Source: an uncultured Duganella sp.
GTDB lineage: Bacteria; Pseudomonadota; Gammaproteobacteria; Burkholderiales; Burkholderiaceae_D
Assembly: GCA_963511605.1 (NCBI GenBank)
Contig: CAUPJZ010000029.1
Span: 10,638 to 74,637, forward strand
Length of the DNA stretch: 64,000 nucleotides
Direction: 5' to 3'
Part shown: positions 31,350-39,949 of the stretch, in pieces
Layout of the letters: the number at the start of each line of letters is the position of its first letter
Numbering within the stretch: position 1 is the first letter of the stretch
The notes under the pieces: model-generated
Database searches by the model: none
Told to the model about the DNA's origin: nothing
What the model saw: only the letters and a program-made list of their open reading frames with translations
Program-made: the position numbers and the translations under genes

Positions 31350-32897
31350 TCAGTTGCCAGCTATCGCGTCGGGATTCGATTGCAGGAAGATGGCGTCGTT
31401 CACCTTCGCCAGCATCTGCGCGCGCTCGAAGTCGCCCATGGATTGGCGGCCATCTTGCGGGTCCAGCGTTGGCAGCAGGTCGCGAGTCATCGCCTTGCCG
31501 GACGGCGTGGTGTGGTCGTCTTTGAGCTTGCCGAACATGTATTCCAGCACCCGCGTCGAGCGGCTGGCCTGCATCTCCAATGACGCCTTTACCAGCTTGC
31601 CCTTGTCGTACTCGATGCTGGTGGTGCTGCTGGCCGATTCGTCGATCATCATGTATTTGTAGTTCTGCGATTGCGGCTCCAGGTCCAGCGCCAAGGTCGC
31701 GGTCGGGGAGACCGGCGCGTGGTAGCGCGCCTTCAGGTGCGACTGCTGTTGCTGCGAGAGCGCGAGGTCCATTTGCGAGCGGCCGGATATCTTGGTCTTT
31801 TGCGACAGCTCGTAGGCGAAGCTGTCCTTCTCTGTGGACTTGGCGGGATTGGACGCCACCTCGGTTTGCGTGACGGAGGCGGTGAAGTCGGCCAGGCCGG
31901 TGGTCGTGGCACGATCGCGGTCGGTGAGCAGCATGTCGCGCGGCGCCACCGGCGGCGTGCCGTAGTCGCTGTTCATATCGACCAGGGCGTCCTTGAACAT
32001 GGTGAGCATGGCGGCGTTGCCCTGGCCGCGCATGCCGGCCTGGTCGACCTGCTGCAGATAGCGGTTGAGCGCCTTGGCCTGCTGCTCCTTGTTGCCCCAA
32101 CTGGCGGGCTGGCTGAGGTCCACACCGATCCTGGCCACGCCATCCGGGCCGCTGAAACTGACCGTGCGCTTGCCGCTGTCGGCATGGAATTCGAGCCGCT
32201 GCGTTTCCTTGGGATTGAGCTTGATCTCGCCCTTCAGATCGACCGATGACAGGACCGCGCTGTCGAACTGCGTCAGGCCGGCCAGGTCCACGCGCGGCGG
32301 GTCTTCGGTCAGGCCGTCGACCGCTTTCTGGAAGGCTTCCGACAGCTTGCCCAGCGCCTTGCGTTCCACTTCGGTGAGCTTGCCGCTGCTTTTGGCCTCG
32401 ACCGCGATGCTGTTGTCGCCGGCGTCCAGCGACAGTTCGACCGTGACGCCGCTGCGGGTGGTGATCGTCAGGCCGATGCGGTTGTCGCCCATGCCGTGCT
32501 GCGATACCTGCGACGGCGATACCAGCATGTCGTAGGTATCAGCTTGCACGCCGGTCGGGGCTTGCTGGATCGATTGCGAGAAATCCTCGCCGTCGTAGGC
32601 CACCTGCTTCAGCAGCTCGCCGCCGAGGCCCTTGAGGCGTCCGGCCAGCGGCTGCTCGGCGAAATTCCGCGCCATCATCGTGCTGGAGGTGCTGCGGGTG
32701 CGGTTCTCCCAGACCACGGCCTTGGGCTGTGGGGCATCCTGGCCGCCGCTGAGCGACACCATGGTGGAAGAGCCGCCGCTAGGCGTACCGGAGGCCTGGC
32801 CGCTGGCGGTCGGGGATGTGGAGCGGGAGGTCGATGCGGTGACCCCGGCCGCCGCGTTAGCGGCCGTGTCCCGGTTGAATGGAGTGATGGTGGTCAT
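31350..32897 (-). CDS. Uncharacterised 515-aa protein with S/T/A-rich disordered N-terminus
   Basis: Long ORF with host-like codon usage; ATG 32897 preceded by TATAAT; no enzyme motif recognised. Confidence 0.8.
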   Translation of the reverse strand: MTTITPFNRDTAANAAAGVTASTSRSTSPTASGQASGTPSGGSSTMVSLSGGQDAPQPKAVVWENRTRSTSSTMMARNFAEQPLAGRLKGLGGELLKQVAYDGEDFSQSIQQAPTGVQADTYDMLVSPSQVSQHGMGDNRIGLTITTRSGVTVELSLDAGDNSIAVEAKSSGKLTEVERKALGKLSEAFQKAVDGLTEDPPRVDLAGLTQFDSAVLSSVDLKGEIKLNPKETQRLEFHADSGKRTVSFSGPDGVARIGVDLSQPASWGNKEQQAKALNRYLQQVDQAGMRGQGNAAMLTMFKDALVDMNSDYGTPPVAPRDMLLTDRDRATTTGLADFTASVTQTEVASNPAKSTEKDSFAYELSQKTKISGRSQMDLALSQQQQSHLKARYHAPVSPTATLALDLEPQSQNYKYMMIDESASSTTSIEYDKGKLVKASLEMQASRSTRVLEYMFGKLKDDHTTPSGKAMTRDLLPTLDPQDGRQSMGDFERAQMLAKVNDAIFLQSNPDAIAGN

Positions 32898-32946
32898 GAA
32901 CCCATTATAGAACGGTTCCCCGCCGTGGGGCACCGGGGGCTTGACA

Positions 32947-34221
32947 CTAGTGCAATCGCACCGGTGGCAGGATTTTCGCGCGCAGCCAGTCCACCAGCGT
33001 TTGCGCCGCCATGCGCACGCTGCCATGCAGCTGCAGCAGATGTTTTTGGTACATCAGCGCATACAGCAGGCTCGCGGCCGCGCCGCCGACGCGGATGCTC
33101 TTGCCGGTGAGGGCGCCCGTCAGGACACCCACCGCCGCCTGCGTGCCGAGCGAGACCAGCGAGCCGTAGTCGTGGTAGCGGAATTCCGGCCGTGGGCCGT
33201 CGTCGCGGCGCGACAGCAGCTCGGCCAGGAACATCGCCTGCTGGTGCGCGACCTGCGCGCGCGGCGGCGCGGCGCCCTTGATCGGGCAGACGTAGCTGGC
33301 GCAGTCGCCGAAGGCGTAGATACGGCTGTCGCAGGCGGCGCGCAGGCTGGAGTCGACCACGATCTGGCGGATGTGGTTGAGCGTCAGGCCGAGCGTGGCG
33401 CACAGTTCCGGCGCTTCGACGCCGGCGGCCCACAAGGTCAGGTCGGCGCGATGGGCGGCGCCGGTGGCGTCGATCACCGCGTTGTCGGTGACGTGGGCGA
33501 CGGCGGTCGCGGTGCGCACGTCGATGCCGAGCGAACGCAGATGGTTGGCGGCGCGCTGCGATTGGAGCGGGTGCAGGTGTGGCAGCAGGTTTTCGCCGCG
33601 CTCGATAACGGTGATGCGGATGTCGCGCTCCGGATCGAGCGTGTGAACGCGGTAGTCGGCCAGCGCGCGGGCGCTGTTGCTCAGTTCAGCCGCCAGCTCG
33701 ACGCCGGTGGCGCCGCCGCCGACGATGACGACGTTGAGTTGTTCCTTGCGCTCGCCGGCGCGGATGCAGCCATCGACGAAGCGGCGGCGGAAGGCTTCGG
33801 CGTCGGCCACGCTGTCGAGGGTCATCGCGTGGCGGGCGGCGCCGGGCACGCTGTAGAAGTTGGTGACCGCGCCGAGTGCCAGCACCAGTTTGTCGTAACC
33901 GATGGTGCGGCAGACGCCGTCGTCTTGCCGGCCGCCGCGCGGGGTGAGGGTGATGGTTTGGTGGGCACGGTCCACGCACAGCACTTCGCCTTGCAGGAAT
34001 TCGAAGTCGTGGTCCAGGGCTTGCGCGGTGAAGGCCAGTTCGGTGACCTGCGGATCGCATTTTCCGGAGGCGACGGTGTGCAGCAGCGGCTTCCAGAAGT
34101 GGCCCGGGGAGCGGTCCACCAGCAGGATGCGGGCGCGCTTGCCGGCGCCCAGTGTGTCTCCAAGACGGGTGGCGAGTTCCAGTCCGCCCGCACCTCCCCC
34201 TACGATGACGATCGTTTCCAT
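32947..34221 (-). CDS. ndh: Type II NADH:quinone oxidoreductase-like flavoprotein
   Basis: Two GxGxxG motifs ('IVGGGAGGLEL', 'IVGGGATGVEL'), 'YDKLVLALG', 'IYAFGDCA', 'PRAQVAHQQA'. Confidence 0.85.
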   Translation of the reverse strand: METIVIVGGGAGGLELATRLGDTLGAGKRARILLVDRSPGHFWKPLLHTVASGKCDPQVTELAFTAQALDHDFEFLQGEVLCVDRAHQTITLTPRGGRQDDGVCRTIGYDKLVLALGAVTNFYSVPGAARHAMTLDSVADAEAFRRRFVDGCIRAGERKEQLNVVIVGGGATGVELAAELSNSARALADYRVHTLDPERDIRITVIERGENLLPHLHPLQSQRAANHLRSLGIDVRTATAVAHVTDNAVIDATGAAHRADLTLWAAGVEAPELCATLGLTLNHIRQIVVDSSLRAACDSRIYAFGDCASYVCPIKGAAPPRAQVAHQQAMFLAELLSRRDDGPRPEFRYHDYGSLVSLGTQAAVGVLTGALTGKSIRVGGAAASLLYALMYQKHLLQLHGSVRMAAQTLVDWLRAKILPPVRLH

Positions 34222-34268
34222 TTTTTTTCTCCAGGTTGGTGAGTCGATTGGTGCTGGTGGCGGAGCTT

Positions 34269-34305
34269 GGCCGATTACGCGCTTTGCGCTAATCCGCCCT
34301 ACGTG
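34269..34305 (-). repeat. Single REP
   Basis: Reverse complement GTAGGGCGGATTA-GCGC-AAA-GCGC-GTAATCGGCC. Confidence 0.85.
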
Positions 34306-34332
34306 TTTCCGTAGTTGTTCCGCGTTTGCGTC

Positions 34333-35049
34333 CTAGGCGGCCAGGTTTTGGTGGTCCTGGTCTTGCTGCTGGTCGGGGGTGTAGGGACTGGAGCGCAGTT
34401 CGTTCAGCGCTTCGAAGGTGATGAATTGGCGGGGGCGGACCACGTCGGCGCCGTAGGGGGCCACCGATACCGTCCACAGGCCGGCTTCCTCGGCGGCGCG
34501 CAGGCTTGGGACGGCCGTGTCGATGGCGATGGCGTCGCCCGGCGCCACGCCCATCGCGTGCAGCGCCTTGGCGTAGGGGCCGGTGCCGGACGGGCCGTCG
34601 AAACCGGCGCCGCCGGTGACGACCGTGAACACGCTGTTGACGTTCGCGCCGAAGCTGTTGGCCAGCAGCGCCGAGGTGGCGGGCGCCGGCAGGTCGGTCA
34701 GGATGCAGATCTTGCAGCCGGCGGCGATGGCGTCGTCGATCAGCGTGAGGGCCGCCGGCAGCGCTGCCGGTGGCGAGTCCGCGATGGCCTGGTGGAACTG
34801 GCGGTGCTTGTCGGCGTACAGTTCGGCCGCGCGGCCCCGGTCTTTGCCGCGGCCGAACAGTTCGCGGGTGATGACGGTGCCGATGGCGCGGGCATAGCCG
34901 TGGGTGGCGGCGGCCGCGCGCAGGGCGGGCAAGGTCCAGCGTATCGACAGCCCGGCGTTGGCGAAGGCCGCGTTGCAGGCCGCCAGGTGCAGCGCTTCGG
35001 TGTCGAACAGTACGCCGTCGAGGCCGAGGAAGATCACGTCTATGCTCAT
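34333..35049 (-). CDS. CbbY-like HAD-superfamily protein with degenerate catalytic motifs
   Basis: 'LDGVLFDTEALHLAACNAAFANAGL...W' is CbbY-like, but motif I reads FLGLDG rather than FDxDG. Confidence 0.75.
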   Translation of the reverse strand: MSIDVIFLGLDGVLFDTEALHLAACNAAFANAGLSIRWTLPALRAAAATHGYARAIGTVITRELFGRGKDRGRAAELYADKHRQFHQAIADSPPAALPAALTLIDDAIAAGCKICILTDLPAPATSALLANSFGANVNSVFTVVTGGAGFDGPSGTGPYAKALHAMGVAPGDAIAIDTAVPSLRAAEEAGLWTVSVAPYGADVVRPRQFITFEALNELRSSPYTPDQQQDQDHQNLAA

Positions 35050-35150
35050 ATCGTTCCCTCAAAATTTGATCTATCGCATTGACGTAAATATAACGGTAGA
35101 ATCTACAAAAGAAAAATTAAAGATATTCGATAGTTGATAAGGGAGAGCTT

Positions 35151-36149
35151 ATGTATCACGCCAGTTTCCGCCAGCTGCAATCGCTGGTTTTGGTGGCCCG
35201 CCACGAGAGCGTGTCGCGCGCGGCCGAGGCGATGCACGTCACGCAGCCGGCCGTCTCGCTGCAACTGCGCACGCTGGAGGACATCGCCGGCATCGCGCTC
35301 ACGCGCAAAGTCGGGCGCAACATCCAGCTGACCGCCGCCGGCGAGGTAATGGCCACCTTCTCGGAGCGCATCCTGCGGCTGCTGGAGCAGGCCGGCGACG
35401 AGCTGGCGGCGCTGCAGGGCGTTACCAGCGGTACCTTGCGCATCGGCGCCGTCACCACCGCCGAGCATTTGCTGCCGCCGATGCTGGTGCCGTTTACGAT
35501 CAAGCGGCCGGACGTGCGCCTCAAGCTGCAGGTGGGGAACCGCTCGGAGATCGTCAACATGCTGGCGCGCCAGGAGATCGACCTGGCCATCATGGGCACG
35601 CCGCCGCGCGAGCTGCGCACCAACGCGGCCAAGTTCGCGCGGCATCCGATGGCGTTCGTCGCCAGTCCCACGCACCCGCTGATGAAGAAGAAAAAAATCA
35701 CGCTCAACGACGTCATGGCCGCCAACCTGATGGTGCGCGAGCGCGGCTCCGGTACCCGCACGGCTGTCGAGAAGCTGCTGCGCGAGGCCGGGCATCCGGC
35801 GGAATTCGGCTCCGAGGTGTCGAGCAACGAGGCGATCAAGCGCATGGTGTCGGCCGGGCTGGGACTGGGCTTCCTGTCGGTGCACGCCTGCGGACTGGAG
35901 TTCGAGGCCGGCCTGCTGGCGATCCTGCCGATGCAGGAAAATCCGGTGGAGGCAGACTGGCACATCATGCACCTGAGCGGCCAGCCGATCCCCAAAGTGG
36001 CCGCCTCGTTCCAGGATTTCGTCATCGAGAACGGCCAGGACCTGGTGCGGCGGGAGCTGGAGAGCTTCTACAAGCTGTTGGGCGGCCAGCGCAAGCCGGC
36101 GCGGGCGGCGGCAAAGACGGGGACGCCCAAGGTCGTATCGGCCAAGTGA
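35151..36149 (+). CDS. LysR-family regulator, CbbR-like
   Basis: 'HASFRQLQ...SVSRAAEAMHVTQPAVSLQL', 'DLAIMGTPP', 'REXGSGTR', 'SSNEAIKRMVSAGLGLGFLS'. Confidence 0.88.
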   Translation: MYHASFRQLQSLVLVARHESVSRAAEAMHVTQPAVSLQLRTLEDIAGIALTRKVGRNIQLTAAGEVMATFSERILRLLEQAGDELAALQGVTSGTLRIGAVTTAEHLLPPMLVPFTIKRPDVRLKLQVGNRSEIVNMLARQEIDLAIMGTPPRELRTNAAKFARHPMAFVASPTHPLMKKKKITLNDVMAANLMVRERGSGTRTAVEKLLREAGHPAEFGSEVSSNEAIKRMVSAGLGLGFLSVHACGLEFEAGLLAILPMQENPVEADWHIMHLSGQPIPKVAASFQDFVIENGQDLVRRELESFYKLLGGQRKPARAAAKTGTPKVVSAK

Positions 36150-36245
36150 CCAATACACGTGGGGGCATGGTTTGCATAAGTGTACTGGTACACGCCAGCA
36201 CAGTTGCGCCTACAATAGAGGCACCTCATCGCTCCTGGAAACGAT

Positions 36246-36845
36246 ATGTCGCCCGATTTGCTGCTGCCCCTGTGCACCTTTGCCGTCGTCAGTTCCATCA
36301 CCCCCGGACCGAACAACGCCATGATCATGGCCTCCGGGCTGAACTATGGCTTCGCGCGCTCGCTGCCGCATCTGTTCGGCATCTGCTGCGGCTTCGCCTT
36401 CATGATTTTTGCCACCGGACTTGGCCTGCATGCGGTGTTCGTGCGGTTTCCTATGCTGCAGTTGATACTCAAGTACGCCGGGGCCATCTACCTGCTGTGG
36501 CTGGCCTGGAAGCTGGCCCACGCGGCGCCGATGAACGCCGAGCAGGCGGCGCGGTCCAAGCCTATGGGGTTCATCGGCGCCGCCGCGTTCCAGTGGGTGA
36601 ATCCCAAGGCTTGGGTCATGGCCGTCGGCGCGCTGACCACCTACCTGCCGCAAGGTTTCGGCATCGGCGATGTGGCGCAGCTGGCCGGCGTGTTCGGCGT
36701 GATCGGCATCTTCTGCGTCGGCGCCTGGGCGATGTTCGGCGTGGCCATGCGCCGCCTGTTGCAGGATCCGCGCTCGGTGCGCGTCTTTAACGTCGTGATG
36801 GCGCTGCTGTTGGTGGCCACGCTGTATCCAATTCTCGTGGGCTGA
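36246..36845 (+). CDS. LysE-family translocator
   Basis: 'SITPGPNN', 'LKYAGAIYLLWLAWK', 'FQWVNPKAW'. Confidence 0.92.
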   Translation: MSPDLLLPLCTFAVVSSITPGPNNAMIMASGLNYGFARSLPHLFGICCGFAFMIFATGLGLHAVFVRFPMLQLILKYAGAIYLLWLAWKLAHAAPMNAEQAARSKPMGFIGAAAFQWVNPKAWVMAVGALTTYLPQGFGIGDVAQLAGVFGVIGIFCVGAWAMFGVAMRRLLQDPRSVRVFNVVMALLLVATLYPILVG

Positions 36846-36881
36846 TACCATGACGGCTTGATTTGATTTTGAGGAATGCCC

Positions 36882-37304
36882 ATGTATCGCCGTTTCGTTT
36901 CCTCCATTGTCCGCGCCGCCTTGCTGGCCGCCTCCGCGCTCGCCGCCCATGCCGGTGCCGCCACCTTGCCATCGAACCTGATGCTGCCCGACCCCGTGCT
37001 GGCCGCGCGCGGCGTGGCGGAGCGCTGGGTGTTCAGCGTCAAGCTGGAATCCATCGATCTGAAAGGGATCGAGCCTTGCCGACGGATATTGGCCGAGCGT
37101 GGTTATGCGCCCGTGCTGTCGAAGACGGCCAGTTCCACCATGCCCGATCTGCATTTCAAGATCGAGGGGACCAAGGAATATCCGCTGGCGAGCGAGGAGG
37201 CCGACGAGACGCTGTCGGCGGTGGTGCGGGCCGGGTGCACAGGCACGCTGGCCTGGACGGTGACGTCGAAGCCGGTGCCGGCCACGAGCGGCGCGGCGCG
37301 ATAG
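36882..37304 (+). CDS. Hypothetical secreted protein
   Basis: GAGGA RBS; Sec-type signal peptide (…AAHA-GA); no recognised domain. Confidence 0.65.
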   Translation: MYRRFVSSIVRAALLAASALAAHAGAATLPSNLMLPDPVLAARGVAERWVFSVKLESIDLKGIEPCRRILAERGYAPVLSKTASSTMPDLHFKIEGTKEYPLASEEADETLSAVVRAGCTGTLAWTVTSKPVPATSGAAR

Positions 37305-37329
37305 GCTGGCGTGGCAGTTAGTGCGGCAG

Positions 37330-38832
37330 TTAGTGCGGCAGTTTGAGGTGGTGCAAGGTGTCGCGGATCTGGTCCAGGTCGACCGGCTTCTGCGACTGCA
37401 ACGCCTGTAGATAGCCGCGCGCGTAGCCGATGGTGTCGGCCGCGTCGGGATGCTGCTCGGCCATTTCCTGCAGCAGCCGGTCGGCGATGATGAGGTCGTT
37501 GTGCTGGCCCAGCTCCGACTGGATCGCCGCCAGCGTCTTCAGATATTGGCGCGAGCCTTTCTGGCGGTACAGCGAGTGGAAAAATTCCAGCGCGTACCTG
37601 CCGCGCTTGGCGGCGATGCGGGTGCGGTGGATGGAGGCGGCGTCATCGTCGTCCATGCGGTTGGCGCGCTTGATCAACTGCTTGTGCAGGCGCTGCATCG
37701 TCGAGTGCACGAATTTCGGCAGCGGACTGTCGGGGACGTCCGTGGCGATGTGCTGCATCCACACGCCCATCGACAGCAACAGCTGCGTGTAGCGCGGCGA
37801 CAGCAGCGCCTGCGCCGCCGTTTTACGGTAGCCGCGCGCGGCGGCCAAGGCCAGCGCCTGCAGTTCCAGCAGGCCGTTCTTGCCGCCTGGATTGGACTGG
37901 ATGCGCGGCAAGGTCGACATCAGCAACACGTCGGCGTCGCGGGCGGCGCCCAGCTCCGTGCCCAGCCAGCCGATGTCGGCCGCCAGCATTTCCGGACAGG
38001 GTGCGACGGTGTTGAACAGTTTTAAGGCCGAACGCAGGCGGCGCAGGCCGACGCGCATCTGGTGCAAGGTCTCGGGATCGTCGCCATGGATGACGGCCTC
38101 CTCGTTGCGCTGGATGTGCTGCAGGCAGTTGTCGAGGATGGTCTTGAGCGCCTCGCCGACGGTGTTGTCCGAATCCAGGCTCAGGGCCTGGGCACGGTAG
38201 GGCGCGGTGCCGGTTTGACGGCACAGCAGGTAGCCCCGTTCGGCCTTGCTGATGTTGCTGAGCCGAAGGGGGATCTGCTTGTGCAGTTCCAGCGCGAAGG
38301 CGTACAGCGCGGCCGGTTCGCCTTCCTTGAGTTCCAGTTCGATCTCGTTGACGTCGATTTTGCGGCCGTGGCGTTCGATGTGGCCCTGATCGAGCACCAG
38401 CTCGATCGAATTGCCTTCGATTTCCAGATCCCAGGTGTGGCGCACGACCTCCACCACGAACAGCGGCTCCAGCCGCTCCTTCAGGTCCGGCAGGTCCAGC
38501 ATGTCCCGCCATTGCGGATCGTTGCCGATCAGCTTGCGCAGGCGGCCCAAGCGCGGCCACGCACGTTCCACCGGGCATTCCCACTCATTGCGGCTATGCA
38601 AGCCGCTTTGCACGCTGCCGCCGGCCTTCATCGTTTGTATCCACTCTTCGCCGACCTTGCGCACGCGCAAGCCGGCCCCGTGGTGCAGGAAATGCAGATC
38701 GGGCGTATCGAAGTAGCGCGCCGTCATCTGTTGCGCGCGCGCGGGACCGCCGGCGTGGGCGGCGATCAGCGGGTGGCCCATCAGCGCCGCATTGTCGGCG
38801 GGGGCGAGTAGTAGTTTGAGTTCGACTTCCAT
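37330..38832 (-). CDS. CYTH + CHAD domain protein
   Basis: 'MEVELKL', 'YFDTPD', 'EIELELKEG'; CHAD 'LHQMRVGLRRLRSAL', 'HRTRIAAKRGRYALEF', 'LGQHND'. Confidence 0.92.
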   Translation of the reverse strand: MEVELKLLLAPADNAALMGHPLIAAHAGGPARAQQMTARYFDTPDLHFLHHGAGLRVRKVGEEWIQTMKAGGSVQSGLHSRNEWECPVERAWPRLGRLRKLIGNDPQWRDMLDLPDLKERLEPLFVVEVVRHTWDLEIEGNSIELVLDQGHIERHGRKIDVNEIELELKEGEPAALYAFALELHKQIPLRLSNISKAERGYLLCRQTGTAPYRAQALSLDSDNTVGEALKTILDNCLQHIQRNEEAVIHGDDPETLHQMRVGLRRLRSALKLFNTVAPCPEMLAADIGWLGTELGAARDADVLLMSTLPRIQSNPGGKNGLLELQALALAAARGYRKTAAQALLSPRYTQLLLSMGVWMQHIATDVPDSPLPKFVHSTMQRLHKQLIKRANRMDDDDAASIHRTRIAAKRGRYALEFFHSLYRQKGSRQYLKTLAAIQSELGQHNDLIIADRLLQEMAEQHPDAADTIGYARGYLQALQSQKPVDLDQIRDTLHHLKLPH

Positions 38833-38900
38833 GGCGCCAGTGTAGATGAAAAATCCGGGCGGGCGGCGCACGCCTCTGCCGGGTTTGAGCGAGGTCGAGA

Positions 38901-39824
38901 CTACCGCGAAATAGGCGGATTCCGCAGAACTTGTGCCCAGGCCGGCGTGGCGGCCCGCCAGAAGGCTTCAATCGTGTCGGCCTGGAAATCCATGCCGAGG
39001 AAGCGCGCGGCCGGCAGCAGCGCCTGTTGCAGCAGCAGGTCCGGCGGCGCGCCGTTGTCGAAGGCCATGGCGCCGGTCTGCTTGGACAATTTCTCGCCCA
39101 GTTCGTTGACCACCACCGGGACGTGCAGGTAACGCGGCTGCGGCAGGCCGAGCGCCTGTTGCAGATGGATCTGGCGCGGGGTCGATTCCAGCAGGTCGGC
39201 GCCGCGCACGATGTCGGTCACGCCCTGGTCGCCGTCGTCGACCACCACCGCCAGTTGATAGGCCCAGAAGCCGTCGGCGCGCTTGATGACGAAGTCGCCA
39301 GCCTCGTCGGTCAGGTCCTGGCTGACGTGGCCGGCCCAGCGGTCGTCGAAGCCGATCACGCAATGCGGCGATTGCGGCACTTTGAGGCGCAGCGCGCGGG
39401 CGCCCTTGCCCGGCGCCAGGCCGTGGCGGCAGGTGCCGGGGTAGATCAGCGCCTGCGCCTGCCTGCCGGTCAGGCTCAATTGCGAATCGGCGATTTCCTT
39501 GCGGGAGCAGCCGCAGGGGTAGACGAGGTCGCCGAGCCGCGCCAACGCTTGTTCATACAGGCCGGTGCGGCGGCTTTGCCAGGTGGCCTCGCCGTCCCAG
39601 CGCATGCCGCAACGTTGCAGCGAGGCCAGGATGTGCTGGTCGGCGCCGGCGACGTTGCGGTCGCCGTCGACATCCTCGATACGCAGCAGCCACTGGCCGT
39701 GGTGCACCTTGGCGTCCAGGTAGCTGGCCATGGCCGCCACCAGCGAACCGATGTGCAGTGGGCCGGTGGGGGAGGGCGCGAAGCGGCCTATGTAGCTGTC
39801 AGCGGTGTTGATGCGATCGGTCAT
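38901..39824 (-). CDS. gluQ: Glutamyl-Q tRNA(Asp) synthetase
   Basis: 'GRFAPSPTGPLHIGSL', 'LRIEDVD', 'YPCGCSR', 'YQLAVVVDD', 'VRGADLL', 'KLSKQ'; no anticodon-binding domain. Confidence 0.93.
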   Translation of the reverse strand: MTDRINTADSYIGRFAPSPTGPLHIGSLVAAMASYLDAKVHHGQWLLRIEDVDGDRNVAGADQHILASLQRCGMRWDGEATWQSRRTGLYEQALARLGDLVYPCGCSRKEIADSQLSLTGRQAQALIYPGTCRHGLAPGKGARALRLKVPQSPHCVIGFDDRWAGHVSQDLTDEAGDFVIKRADGFWAYQLAVVVDDGDQGVTDIVRGADLLESTPRQIHLQQALGLPQPRYLHVPVVVNELGEKLSKQTGAMAFDNGAPPDLLLQQALLPAARFLGMDFQADTIEAFWRAATPAWAQVLRNPPISR

Positions 39825-39949
39825 GCCGCCATTTTAACGCGGCGGCCCATGCTGCGCTGCGCAATGGATGGCGTTCGGCGGCCCCGGCAAATGTCTTACA
39901 ATGTGCGCGCGCCAATTAGCGCACTCATCATCCACGCCTTCAGGACATC

